From an uncultured delta proteobacterium (GTDB lineage Bacteria; Desulfobacterota; Desulfomonilia; Desulfomonilales; Desulfomonilaceae), in contig CAWBKB010000003.1 in the NCBI GenBank assembly GCA_963789265.1, forward strand, positions 256,001-320,000: a stretch of DNA of 64,000 nucleotides, given 5' to 3'. Below the pieces are notes generated by a model that was given only the letters and a program-made list of their open reading frames with translations, did not search any database and was not told the origin of the DNA. This document shows, piece after piece, positions 33,138 to 42,749 of the stretch. The translations under genes were made by a program, and so were the position numbers. Position 1 is the stretch's first letter. The number at the start of each line of letters is the position of its first letter.

Positions 33138-33920
33138 ATGGGAACAATTTTCGGTTTCATGAAAAACCTCGGCAAGCAAAAGTTGGGTGACGCGGGTCGA
33201 AGTCTCACGGAAGCTATCGTATCCTGGGATCCGGAAGGCGCATCCCAAGCAGAGATTGAGACCATGATCGAAGATCTGGACAAGATTACGCGTGAAGCTG
33301 CCAATGCCCGCCAAACCTTCCAGAAGGACAAGGCACAAGCGGACGCTGCCAAGGCGAACTACGACAGGCATCTCCAGGCGGCAGAGCTTCTCAATCAAAA
33401 AATGGAAACAGCGAAGACAGCCGGAAACGAAGCCGAAGTGAAAAGCCTGGGCGAAAGCCTGGAAAAGTTACTCAAAGAGCTTGAGACTCTCCGGCCTGAG
33501 GTAGAGCAGGAGGCTAGGGATGCGGACGAAGCTAAATCCGTAATGGAAGAACTCGAGGAATTCGCCCGGGTGGCTGCTGAAAAGGTGAAAAAGGCCAGGG
33601 CTCAGCTTGAGACCGGGAAAAGAGACATGCAGCGAGCCGAGCTGGAAAAACAGCGAGCCCAGGAACGCGCCGAGCGCGCGGAACGGCTGGTAGGTTTGCG
33701 AGAAGAGACTTCTAATATGGGGGTGGCTTTGTCGGCCATGAATCGGCAGGCCGAAAAGGCTAGAACTGAAGCCGCTGCAGCCAGTATGAAGGCCGGGCTG
33801 CTCTCTCCTGAGAAATCTTCGCAAGACAAAAACATCGATGAAGCCTTAAAAGCGGTTTCCGGAGAGACCGAGGAACCTCAGGGGAGCTTCGCCGAGCGGC
33901 TGGCCGCCCTGAAGAAGTAG
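33138..33920 (+). CDS. PspA/IM30-like coiled-coil protein
   Basis: Amphipathic N-terminus (MGTIFGFMKNL), DPEG motif, long coiled coil, C-terminal AERLAALKK. Confidence 0.7.
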   Translation: MGTIFGFMKNLGKQKLGDAGRSLTEAIVSWDPEGASQAEIETMIEDLDKITREAANARQTFQKDKAQADAAKANYDRHLQAAELLNQKMETAKTAGNEAEVKSLGESLEKLLKELETLRPEVEQEARDADEAKSVMEELEEFARVAAEKVKKARAQLETGKRDMQRAELEKQRAQERAERAERLVGLREETSNMGVALSAMNRQAEKARTEAAAASMKAGLLSPEKSSQDKNIDEALKAVSGETEEPQGSFAERLAALKK

Positions 33921-33984
33921 TGGGGACAAGTTCCGATGAGTCGCCACTACAACAATTTACTACTGTATATCTGAGGAGCGATCT

Positions 33985-34755
33985 TTGGGCTCACAGCAAG
34001 AAAACGCCGGCCGGCCGGAACTGGAGGGCCCACGGGTCATGATCCGTGATGCTGCCGATCCGCAGGAAAAGCGGTACAATCTCAAGAAGAACAAGCCGGT
34101 CCGGCCCCGTTCTGGTGTAGCCGACATCTCAAGGGAAGCCGAAGCAAAGCCTGGTTCCCTCGACAGCCGAAGACCTGAGACTGCAACGGGATTGCGGGCG
34201 AGAGGACGAGAAATAATTCGCAAGAACTTCCTTGATCCCCTGATCTTCTCGCAGCACTCTCCATCATTCGATGCAGCCGGAGTGGCCTTGGGTTTCGTAA
34301 TCGGATTCGGCTGCCCCTTTGGCGCGCACGTCCTGACCTTAAGTTTGCTCAGACTGTTGTTCAGATTCAATTTCGTGCTGGCCGTTGCTTTCACATGCGT
34401 AATAAATCCGATTAATATAGTGCCGTTTTATTACGGATACTATCGGTTAGGTTCCGTTGTGCTCGGACGGCCCGTCACGATGAACTTCCAGATCTTCCAA
34501 GGAATCATGAATCCAGTTCTGAGTAAGGCATACTTCTGGGAAGTATACGCAGCTTTCATCCAGCTTGGTTCGGAAATCCTCTCCAGGTGGCTGGTCTCTG
34601 GAGTGATTCTGGCGGTGGTCTTTGGTGTCTTGGGCTATATTATAGCTTTCAGAGTCCAAACCAAGCGGTGCATGGAACGGGCACGAATGTTGGGGATTCA
34701 ATATGAAAGGTACCTGGCGGAAATGGAGAAAAGGGCTCAAGCAGATGAAAGATGA
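33985..34755 (+). CDS. DUF2062 family membrane protein
   Basis: AAGVALGFVIGF..P and NPINIVPFYYG.Y.LG motifs. Confidence 0.75.
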   Translation: MGSQQENAGRPELEGPRVMIRDAADPQEKRYNLKKNKPVRPRSGVADISREAEAKPGSLDSRRPETATGLRARGREIIRKNFLDPLIFSQHSPSFDAAGVALGFVIGFGCPFGAHVLTLSLLRLLFRFNFVLAVAFTCVINPINIVPFYYGYYRLGSVVLGRPVTMNFQIFQGIMNPVLSKAYFWEVYAAFIQLGSEILSRWLVSGVILAVVFGVLGYIIAFRVQTKRCMERARMLGIQYERYLAEMEKRAQADER

Positions 34756-34936
34756 CCCTGAAGCTCATTCCTTGCTCGGCCAGAAATAACTGCTTGGTGC
34801 AGTGACCGGGACCCGGAAACTCCCGGCCGACCGCCAGTAGGGTGGACAAAGATGAAGCTTTCACGTCTTGGTAAAGGGGTTGAAGCCGGTGAACCCCCTT
34901 CTGACGAAGGGCGTTCCTTTCAGAGGCATCACCGGT

Positions 34937-35179
34937 TCATTTGGGCTCTATCTTGGCCGTATCCGTCTCTGCTGATTTTGCCTCTATGCGAGCGGCGGGC
35001 TGCATCGCCCCCGGGCTGCCCCCCGTAGCGGGCTGAGTGTCATCGCTATCGAGGGCTTTCTTGAAACTCTTCATTCCTTGGGCCACGCTACCCATGATCT
35101 CAGGGATCTTCTTGCCACCAAAGACAAAGACAACGATGAGAAGGATCAAGATTAGTTCGCTTGGTGACGGTATTTCCAT
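34937..35179 (-). CDS. tatA: Twin-arginine translocase TatA/E
   Basis: ELILILLIV..VFGGKKIPE..GMKSFKK. Confidence 0.93.
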   Translation of the reverse strand: MEIPSPSELILILLIVVFVFGGKKIPEIMGSVAQGMKSFKKALDSDDTQPATGGSPGAMQPAARIEAKSAETDTAKIEPK

Positions 35180-35299
35180 TTTTGCTCCTCAAAACCCCAC
35201 GTGTGGCGCCGATCTTTAGACTCAGTTTATGGACTCTATTGTAATCACAAGAACATCTTGAGTCAAACGTCCGGGGATTAAGGTTTTGCACCCATTTAC

Positions 35300-35503
35300 G
35301 CCAGACTGTCCCGCGTTCCGCGGGATCGCTCCGGACTCCGATCAGGTAGGTCGGGCCGTGCCCGACACTGCGAAGCGCGGGACGGCGGCCACGGGCCGCC
35401 CTACTCGATTCCCGCGTACGCGGGTATGTAAACATACAAAGGGCGGGTTTAAAACCCGCCCCTACCAGAAACGCTATGTCACTTGCTTGAAAGCGAATCG
35501 GTA
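35300..35503. repeat. REP-like hairpin cluster with repeat family F end
   Basis: GGGCGGGTTTAAAACCCGCCCCTACC...CTTGCTTGAAAGCGAATCGGTA, matching 26104-26165. Confidence 0.75.
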
Positions 35504-35507
35504 CCGG

Positions 35508-38500
35508 TCATTTCTTTGCCGGGAGTATCACCACTTTTTTACCCAAAGTTTTCCCAAAGCGATCGGGGTTATACATGAGCGAAATTCTGGACCCTCTCAT
35601 CCAGAATTCACCTTCCGCAACAGCCCTGGCAAGGTAAGAGTACCGGTAAGCCCCTCCCCAAGCCCGGTTTTTGAAGACCCTTACGCCATCATCGCGAAAC
35701 TCGAAATAGGTTGGGCGAAAATCAAAGAAGCCATTGCGCCAGGAACCTTGTTCTCTTGACGAATTTTGCGGTGACCGCGCCCTCTGTTTTCAACTCTGAA
35801 TTGATAGGAACCAGGCCGGCGGCAACAGGATCATCAAGAGCCAGATATTCCAAAGACTTATATCGGTCTTCTTTTGAAGAACGGTCAATTCCTATCTCGA
35901 TAGTGACCCTAACCACATCCCCTACCCGGATTTCATCCTTGCCATTCAGGTTCTCCATCTTCTTATGAAGGGTGAACCCTGCGGTCAATTGCGACGGGTC
36001 GGTGACTACATCCGGATAGGTGACGGAGAGTTCGTAATTCAGCAGATCTTTCGAATGGGATTCCACTCGAATAGCTCCTTTTTCGAGAAGCTTACGCGGA
36101 TCCAATTCGACGTACGCGGCGGCCTCCGACACCGTCACCTCAGAAGGCCCTTCTCCGCCATAATCTATGCGCACCCGAACGGGGCGGATCTTCTTCGTTT
36201 CTTTGCCTCGATAGTATTCACTGAGTGCCAGCAGGCACCAGCCCGTGTCGGCAGTGGACGTCCATCGACCATCAGGTTTCAGGCCCCTCAAGAGATCCCC
36301 GGCCCAGGAATCCGCCTTCTTGGATGTGCTCCCCAATTCAACAGATGCCATGAGGCATACTGCAAGTTCTCGGTAACTCGAATTGCGGTAATCGGTTCGG
36401 CTCGGGTCGAAGTGAGGGTGAAGCTTTGAGACCATCTCTTTGAGTTTATCATGCGACAAATAACCAACTTCTTTGGCCGACAGGAGAAGCCATGCTTTGC
36501 CCTCATCCCCCAGAGAATCGTATTCCTGAAAGAAAGGCTCCAGGTCTTGCCGCTTGAGCGCTTTACCGACGGCAAGGTTGAAAAGCGCCAACTCCCTCGT
36601 CCAGGCCCCACCATGATACCGGTCGGCTTCTCTCTTCTTGAACAAGTTGTCGTGGAGGAACTTCAACGCCCGCTTCAGACTCTCCTTGGGAACCTCGTAC
36701 CCCGCCTCGCTTGCCGTGATCAGGGCAAATGATGCATACATCGTTCCCCACCAGGAAGGGTTCAACTGGCCGGGCCAGTAAGAGAAACCGCCTCCGGCCA
36801 GTTGCATGGACAATAGTCGTTCGACCCCTTTTTTCAGGAACCGATCCACATCTCCCACTGAGACGCCCGGGATAACTTTTGAACGCGCAAGATCTCGTAT
36901 GCCGACAAGAGGAATGACCCCGGAACTGGTCTGCTCGATGCATCCGTACGGGTATTTGAGCAGGTATTTCAAACCGGGCGCTATCCTGGTCCAATTGGTG
37001 GTGCTAAAGCTCAAAACGGCTTTGAAATCCCCAGGGTTTATGTCATCAGGTTTCAGGACCTTCAATGCCTTTGGAAAGGGCGAGGATATTTCGGTCTCTC
37101 CGGTAAAACTTCCCAGGACTGTGCGTGTTACGGGCAAGTATCTGGAGTGGACGGGAAACGTTTGTTCCACAGCGTCGCTATATTGCCCCGAAGGGCCGGT
37201 GAAGGCGCCTTGGAAACGAAAGATGCCTTTTTCAGCTCCTCCGACAACATTCGCCTTGACCTTTACGGAAGATGAGGCAAAAGGCTCCAATGCCAGAGCA
37301 GATCGCAGGAGTCGCACACTCAAGTTAGGGGAACTCTCCACGTTGAGTCGGACATCACCTCTTCCCGAGGTCTTATTATGAAGCGCCAAGGGAAAAGTTA
37401 CCCGGTCCCCCGGGATAAGAAATCTGGGAATCGACGGCTCGATGAAGAACTCTTTGGTGACAACCATGTTCCGCTGCCCGGACACAAAGCCTGCGCCCTT
37501 ATCCGCGGCCACTGCATAAACTCGATATGCCGTCGTGGTGTCGGGGAGCTGAAATTCAACCGTCGCGTGGCCGGAGCCGTCAGTAATCACCGCTGGATTG
37601 AAGTAAGCCACCGGGCTAAAATTCTTGCGAAACTTAACAGTGCTTGCGATTGCTCCCGTGCCCATCCCGCCCCCGGTGAGAGGTTTTGTGGAAAACATGC
37701 GAAGCAAATCCTGGCTCACCAGGGCCTGGCGCAAATCTCCCGAAAATACTGAAAGAGGGATGCTGAAGTTGGTAAGGGAGGACAAGTCCGGCGTCTTAAA
37801 ACGAGTTAGCGCGAGCACCGCCTCGTCGACTACACAAACAGCTAGTTCCGATGAGACTCCCTTGCCATTTTGATCGGTTACTTTAAAGGTCAGAGTCTTC
37901 TTCTCGCCGGGCCGCCCTTTCAGCTCCAACGTTTCCGGAGCGATATCGAGCCGCAGCTTTTGCACGTCGCCTCTAATAGTGACGTTTGCATATCCGTAAT
38001 AGATGGTGGGAATATCCGTATCAACCTGAGTCGAATATATCGGGAAACCTTCCCTCCCTGCTGCAGCCATTACCGACACGTACACGTTTGGTTGGAACTT
38101 TTCAGTGGCCTTGAACTGGTAACTCCCGTCATTCCCGTTCACGTCTATTGCTCGGTAGTCAAGAATTTCTCCTCCCTTCTCGATTGTCACCAGACATTTC
38201 TTGACCGGCCGAGGAGTGTGGAATTGAATTTGAACCGGCTCGCCGGTGCGATACTCTTTCTTCGTCATGGAGAGTAGGACCTCGTCACTCGTGCGGGTCT
38301 CGTTCTTGGTTCGGCTTCTAACCCACTGGTCGTAATCTTCCCAACCGACACTGAAGAGGGTCTGACTGGTGTATCGCCCCGACTTGTCCTCGTAAGTGAA
38401 GCGGACCATGTAATCGCCGGAATCGGTCAGCTCCAATTGAAAAACCGCTTCTCCATTTACAATAGGCTGCCGGGAAGTCAGGCTCTTCATCCATCCTTCT

Positions 38501-40897
38501 TCCCACATAGGATTTATATTGCCTGCCTCATCCCGCTTTTGGGTGTAAAAATATTTCTTCTGCATTATTTGGGCTTCGATTTTGCCCGAAGGGATCTTCT
38601 TCCCTGTCTGATCCACCACAATAACCTTCAGCGGAGCAGCATAGCCGGACTGAACGCGGCGCGGGTGATTGGAAATGCCCAAAAGTACACGGGGTTGTGG
38701 GTTGAAGGTTTCCACCTCTGTGGCGGGCTCGCCGTCAATATCCAGCACTGTAGCTGAAATCTTTACGCCATAGATGCCGGTAAGCAAACGGGGATCCAAG
38801 GGGATTGTCAACCGGAGGTTTCCATCCCGATCCAACATGGATTCTCCCGATTCAAGAAATAGCGTTTTATCGTCCTCATTTCCGAAAAAATAACCATCCA
38901 GATTCGCGACCTTGTGGACAGCAGGCACAAGCATCGCCTTCCACCGCATGCGTGCATTTTTGACCGGTCCTCCAGTGTAATAACGGCTCTTCACGTCAAC
39001 CATGACAAACTCGTCCTCATGCTTGAAGCCGATATACTCCGTGCTTAGCCGTTTCCCTTTCTTAACTGAAAGAGAAACATAGTGGCGAGGCCTTTTGAAT
39101 TCTTGGACAAGGAATGTCCTCGTGAACAAGTTTTGTTTGTTGTCGCCGGCGGCTGTCGCTTTTATCGTGTAAGTCCCGACAGGAAAAAAATTTCTAAGTT
39201 GAAAAGTGTCGTAACAGCTTCCAAACTCACTCAACTTCAACTCTTTGCTGTAGAGAAGATCTCCTCGCGGACCCTCGATGTCCACTTTGACCGATTCGCC
39301 GGAAGGGGAGACGATGCGATTGCCTTTGTAATCTCTCGACATAAACTTGTAATGTACCACGTCTCCGGGGCGGTACACCCCACGTTCGGTGAAGATGTAT
39401 CCGGTTTGAGATGCCGGATTAGCCTGCAAATGTTTAGTCTGCTTGACAGAGAAAGGTTTCAGGGCAAGCGATTCAACTCCTATGCAGGACGCGTCCGAGG
39501 AAGTTGCTGCTACTGCCCATTTCAGTTTGGACAGGGCCAGATTTCCTTTGGTAGTTGCTGTGGCCTGAAGCCCTGATAATGTCGGGAACTCTTGTCCGTC
39601 TTTGACGAACAGCAAACCGTTCTTATCCGTCTTGCCTACCATGTACTTGTGATCGTCTACGTCCGACAGATAGATCTCTGCACCTGAAACAGGACTTCCT
39701 GTATGAATAGAGGTAACCCAAAGAAGCAGGTTCTTCGCCGACCTCTTGTAACCCACTGAGAGGTCCGTAATCTGAACAAGCCGTTGGGCACTCCCATGAA
39801 AACGTCCATCCGGGTCTGTAAATACAGCCACCCAAAGCCCACCTTTGGCCGGGTGCTCCCGGAAAGATAAAGGAACTGAGTAACCGTAGACGTGGTCAAG
39901 GGCCTCGGGAGCAAAGAACGCGTCCGAGTCCTCAGTGTATTCCCCTGCGAACGCGCCGCTGATCCTGCCGGAGCGGACCAGGTTTTTCAGTGCTGCTATT
40001 TTGTCCTTGAGTTTCAATTGCTTGAGGTCTTGCCCGTTCCAGAGAGCTTCAGCCGTTTCGGGCGCCAAGTACAGGGGGAATTTTAATTAGTTGGCAGCGT
40101 ACCTTTGTCACATTGGCCAAACTGAGGGGAAACAGTTGTCGGCCGCGAAGTTCCACCACGGAGCGTTCCGTCTTAAGATAAATTTCCGGCTTGATACCAG
40201 GGCCCTTGAAACGATATTCCCCGGCTTGGAGCAGACCGAGTCCGTTATTCACTCTGGCGGAAGAGATTTCCAGAAGGTAATCACGACCGTACTCGAAGTT
40301 CCCCGTGACGCGGAATCTCCAGCCGCCAGTTTTCGCAATGTTTAAGCCGGCCACGCTGGGTGTGATTTTCAGCGCGGTCACGAGATCATTCTCAGGAATG
40401 TCGCCCGATAGAGACAGGGTCAGCCCTTTGTCGGTCTTGGACCGATAGAAGGTACTCAGGTTGGTCACGGATATCTTTTCAATTGATATGAACTGATAAG
40501 TGAAATCGTGTACAAGCAGTTGTCTCCCGGTCACGTCGGAGAGCCCTTTGTTGATCGCGATCTTGACCGATGCGGGTTGCTCGGAAATCAGGATAGGCAC
40601 GAGCCTGAACTCACGTGCAGGAGCCGTAGCTTTCTCACGGTCCCGGACGCTCTGAATTTCGAATTTCCCCGCGGCGCCGTCAGTCAAGACTTTGGTCTGA
40701 GAGGCCAGATTCGACGGAAATACCGGCTTGTTGAAGGTCAGAGTGACACTCCACTTCCCCGGGGTCTCTGGTGGATAATAGGCATCCCGACGAGCATGTA
40801 CCGTCAAATCGTCGGCAAGGGCCAGGCCGGATACCCCCGCGAGAATTGCAAATAAGACAAGAATCAGCGGCAGCTTGCATCGAAATAGTCTGTTCAT
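35508..40897 (-). CDS. Bacterial alpha-2-macroglobulin (frameshifts at ~40075 and ~35720-35780)
   Basis: TERGVYRPGD (MG2), VVDEAVL, thioester YPYGCIEQ. The C-terminal YLARAV..GEF..MYNP lies in a shifted frame ending at TGA 35508-35510. Confidence 0.9.
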
Positions 40898-41125
40898 GGC
40901 TATAACTCCCTACCGATACAGAAGGGACGTCAGCGCAGGTTCGCTCTCCTCCCCTGGTTCATAAAGAACAGGAACAAATTAACCGAAAACGTACCAATAA
41001 AATCTTAGAGGTGTCAAGATATTCATTCAATGCTAATATTTGTGTGCATGTCAATTTTCATTCTGTTATATTTTGATACAAGAAAAGTAAAGCGTAAGCA
41101 ATGCTTTCATGGACTCGGGTGACGA

Positions 41126-41311
41126 ATGAAAGTCAAGGACAAAAGGACCGGACAATCGACCGGGACATCCAGCGGTCCCCTCCGGATTCACGAGGACGAT
41201 GGAAAACTCTTTGTGACCGGTTTCGGATTGTGGATCCCCGTTGAAACGGAAAAAGAGGGGCTTGAGCTTATTTATGAGCTGGAAGAGCAGGGCTACCGTC
41301 TGTGCCATTGA
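41126..41311 (+). CDS. Small hypothetical protein
   Basis: 61-aa ORF in an intergenic gap with protein-like composition (LFVTGFGLWIPV). Confidence 0.5.
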   Translation: MKVKDKRTGQSTGTSSGPLRIHEDDGKLFVTGFGLWIPVETEKEGLELIYELEEQGYRLCH

Positions 41312-41538
41312 ATTGAGTGTGTGCCGGACAAAGTCATAATGTGGCAGCTTACTGTGATAAAGATGTTGTGTAAGCAACAGGGAGGAAGTCGCTTCGAGCG
41401 TCGAAACAGGTAGGGTCTCATCTGGGGCCCCTTTTGTCACTGATCTGCGAATTTGCGTGGGGAGATTCAAAATCGGTGCGGCGGTTGGGGGAGTCATCAT
41501 ATAACTGCCAAGACCGGCCGGCACGCCTACCGAGAGCC

Positions 41539-42171
41539 TCAATCTTCAAACGACTTTACATAACCTGAATCGGAACTTTCTTCTCGCCAGGCGCCACCCC
41601 GAATTCCCTGGGTATCCTTCATTTTTTCATAATGGTCGGCCTCTTCCTGGCACCGCACGCAAAGTCTGGCCGCAGGGAACAGCCGAAGCCTCTGTTCGGG
41701 GATGGGTTCGCCGCACTCCTCGCAAATACCGTATTCGCCATGCTTCAACCGCTCCAAGGCATCTTCTATTTCTTTCAACTGCTTGTGCTGACGCATGGAT
41801 ATTTTTGCATCAAGCTCTCTGGAGATTTCACCGGTGGCCAAGTCTATTTCGTCACCTTTCTCGATGGCGTCGATGCTTCGGCCAACTTTAATGGACACCA
41901 GTTGATCCATGAGGACCTGCTTCGGGTTGAACGCCCCGGGAGTGTCAGGCCTGGACTTCTTAACCTCCTCAATCGGTCTTCTGGTCGTAGGCGGAGGTTC
42001 AGGAGCGAGCGTCTGGGGCGCTTTCTGTTCTGACGTGCCTGAATCCGCAACTCGATAGTAATTCTTTCCGTCCTCCACTTTCCTCTCAATCTGGCCCTTC
42101 TGAACCTTTCCCCTAACGCTGTTAGGGACGATGCCCAGAGCAGCCGCTATTTCTTCACGGGTCATCCACAT
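41539..42171 (-). CDS. DksA/TraR C4 zinc-finger protein with N-terminal HTH-like domain
   Basis: DEIDLA (DxxDxA), YGICEECGEPIPEQRL..LCVRCQ; N-terminal MTREEIAAALGIVPNSVR. Confidence 0.8.
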   Translation of the reverse strand: MWMTREEIAAALGIVPNSVRGKVQKGQIERKVEDGKNYYRVADSGTSEQKAPQTLAPEPPPTTRRPIEEVKKSRPDTPGAFNPKQVLMDQLVSIKVGRSIDAIEKGDEIDLATGEISRELDAKISMRQHKQLKEIEDALERLKHGEYGICEECGEPIPEQRLRLFPAARLCVRCQEEADHYEKMKDTQGIRGGAWREESSDSGYVKSFED

Positions 42172-42466
42172 TATCGCGACTCCTTGGTAGTTTCTTTCGT
42201 CCGCGTTAAATAATCACTAGGACGCGTATTTGCAAGGGCCTCCTCCATTTTATTCTGAATGGCCCCAAAATCAGACTGCCCTGAGCAGTCATCGTCTGAG
42301 TTCCCAATTGTACCGACATCGGCCCCATCCGTCAGTTGATAGCATTGCTACCGGTGTCGACGTGTCGTCTTGCGACCCCGCTGTCGTAACAGAAAAGGGG
42401 CCTCTGCGCGGACGCGAAGTCATATATCTTCTCCAACGAACTGTCAACCTTTTTTTACCTGAAATT

Positions 42467-42701
42467 GCAATCATTCACTTACGCGCGGGAAGAGGTTGTC
42501 ATTGCGAGTCCCGCCTCCCGCGGGACGAAGCAATCTTTTCCTTTAAACGCCGCTTAGATTGCCGGTGGGAGGTCCCGCGCGGAACGCGGGATTCCCCGTC
42601 ATCCCTAATAGACAGGCAGTCCCGCGAGGCGCGGGACTGCCCCACCATGCACTCCCCGCAATGACAAGGGCAAAAGATCCCCCGCATAAGTGAATGGTTA
42701 C
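42467..42701. mobile_element. MITE family A copy 4 with nested palindromes
   Basis: Ends GCAATCATTCAC/GTGAATGGTTAC; interior TGTCATTGCGAG...CGCAATGACA holding a type-B doublet. Confidence 0.75.
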
Positions 42702-42749
42702 CGCACTTTGTATGCATTCAGTTACAGCCGGAATTTGCCAGTGGATTCG

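Noticed and set aside
41330..41540. Possible ncRNA (6S or fluoride riboswitch; TGATGACTCC on the minus strand)
   Set aside because: The matching 5' fluoride-riboswitch element and 6S-like long pairing were not found.
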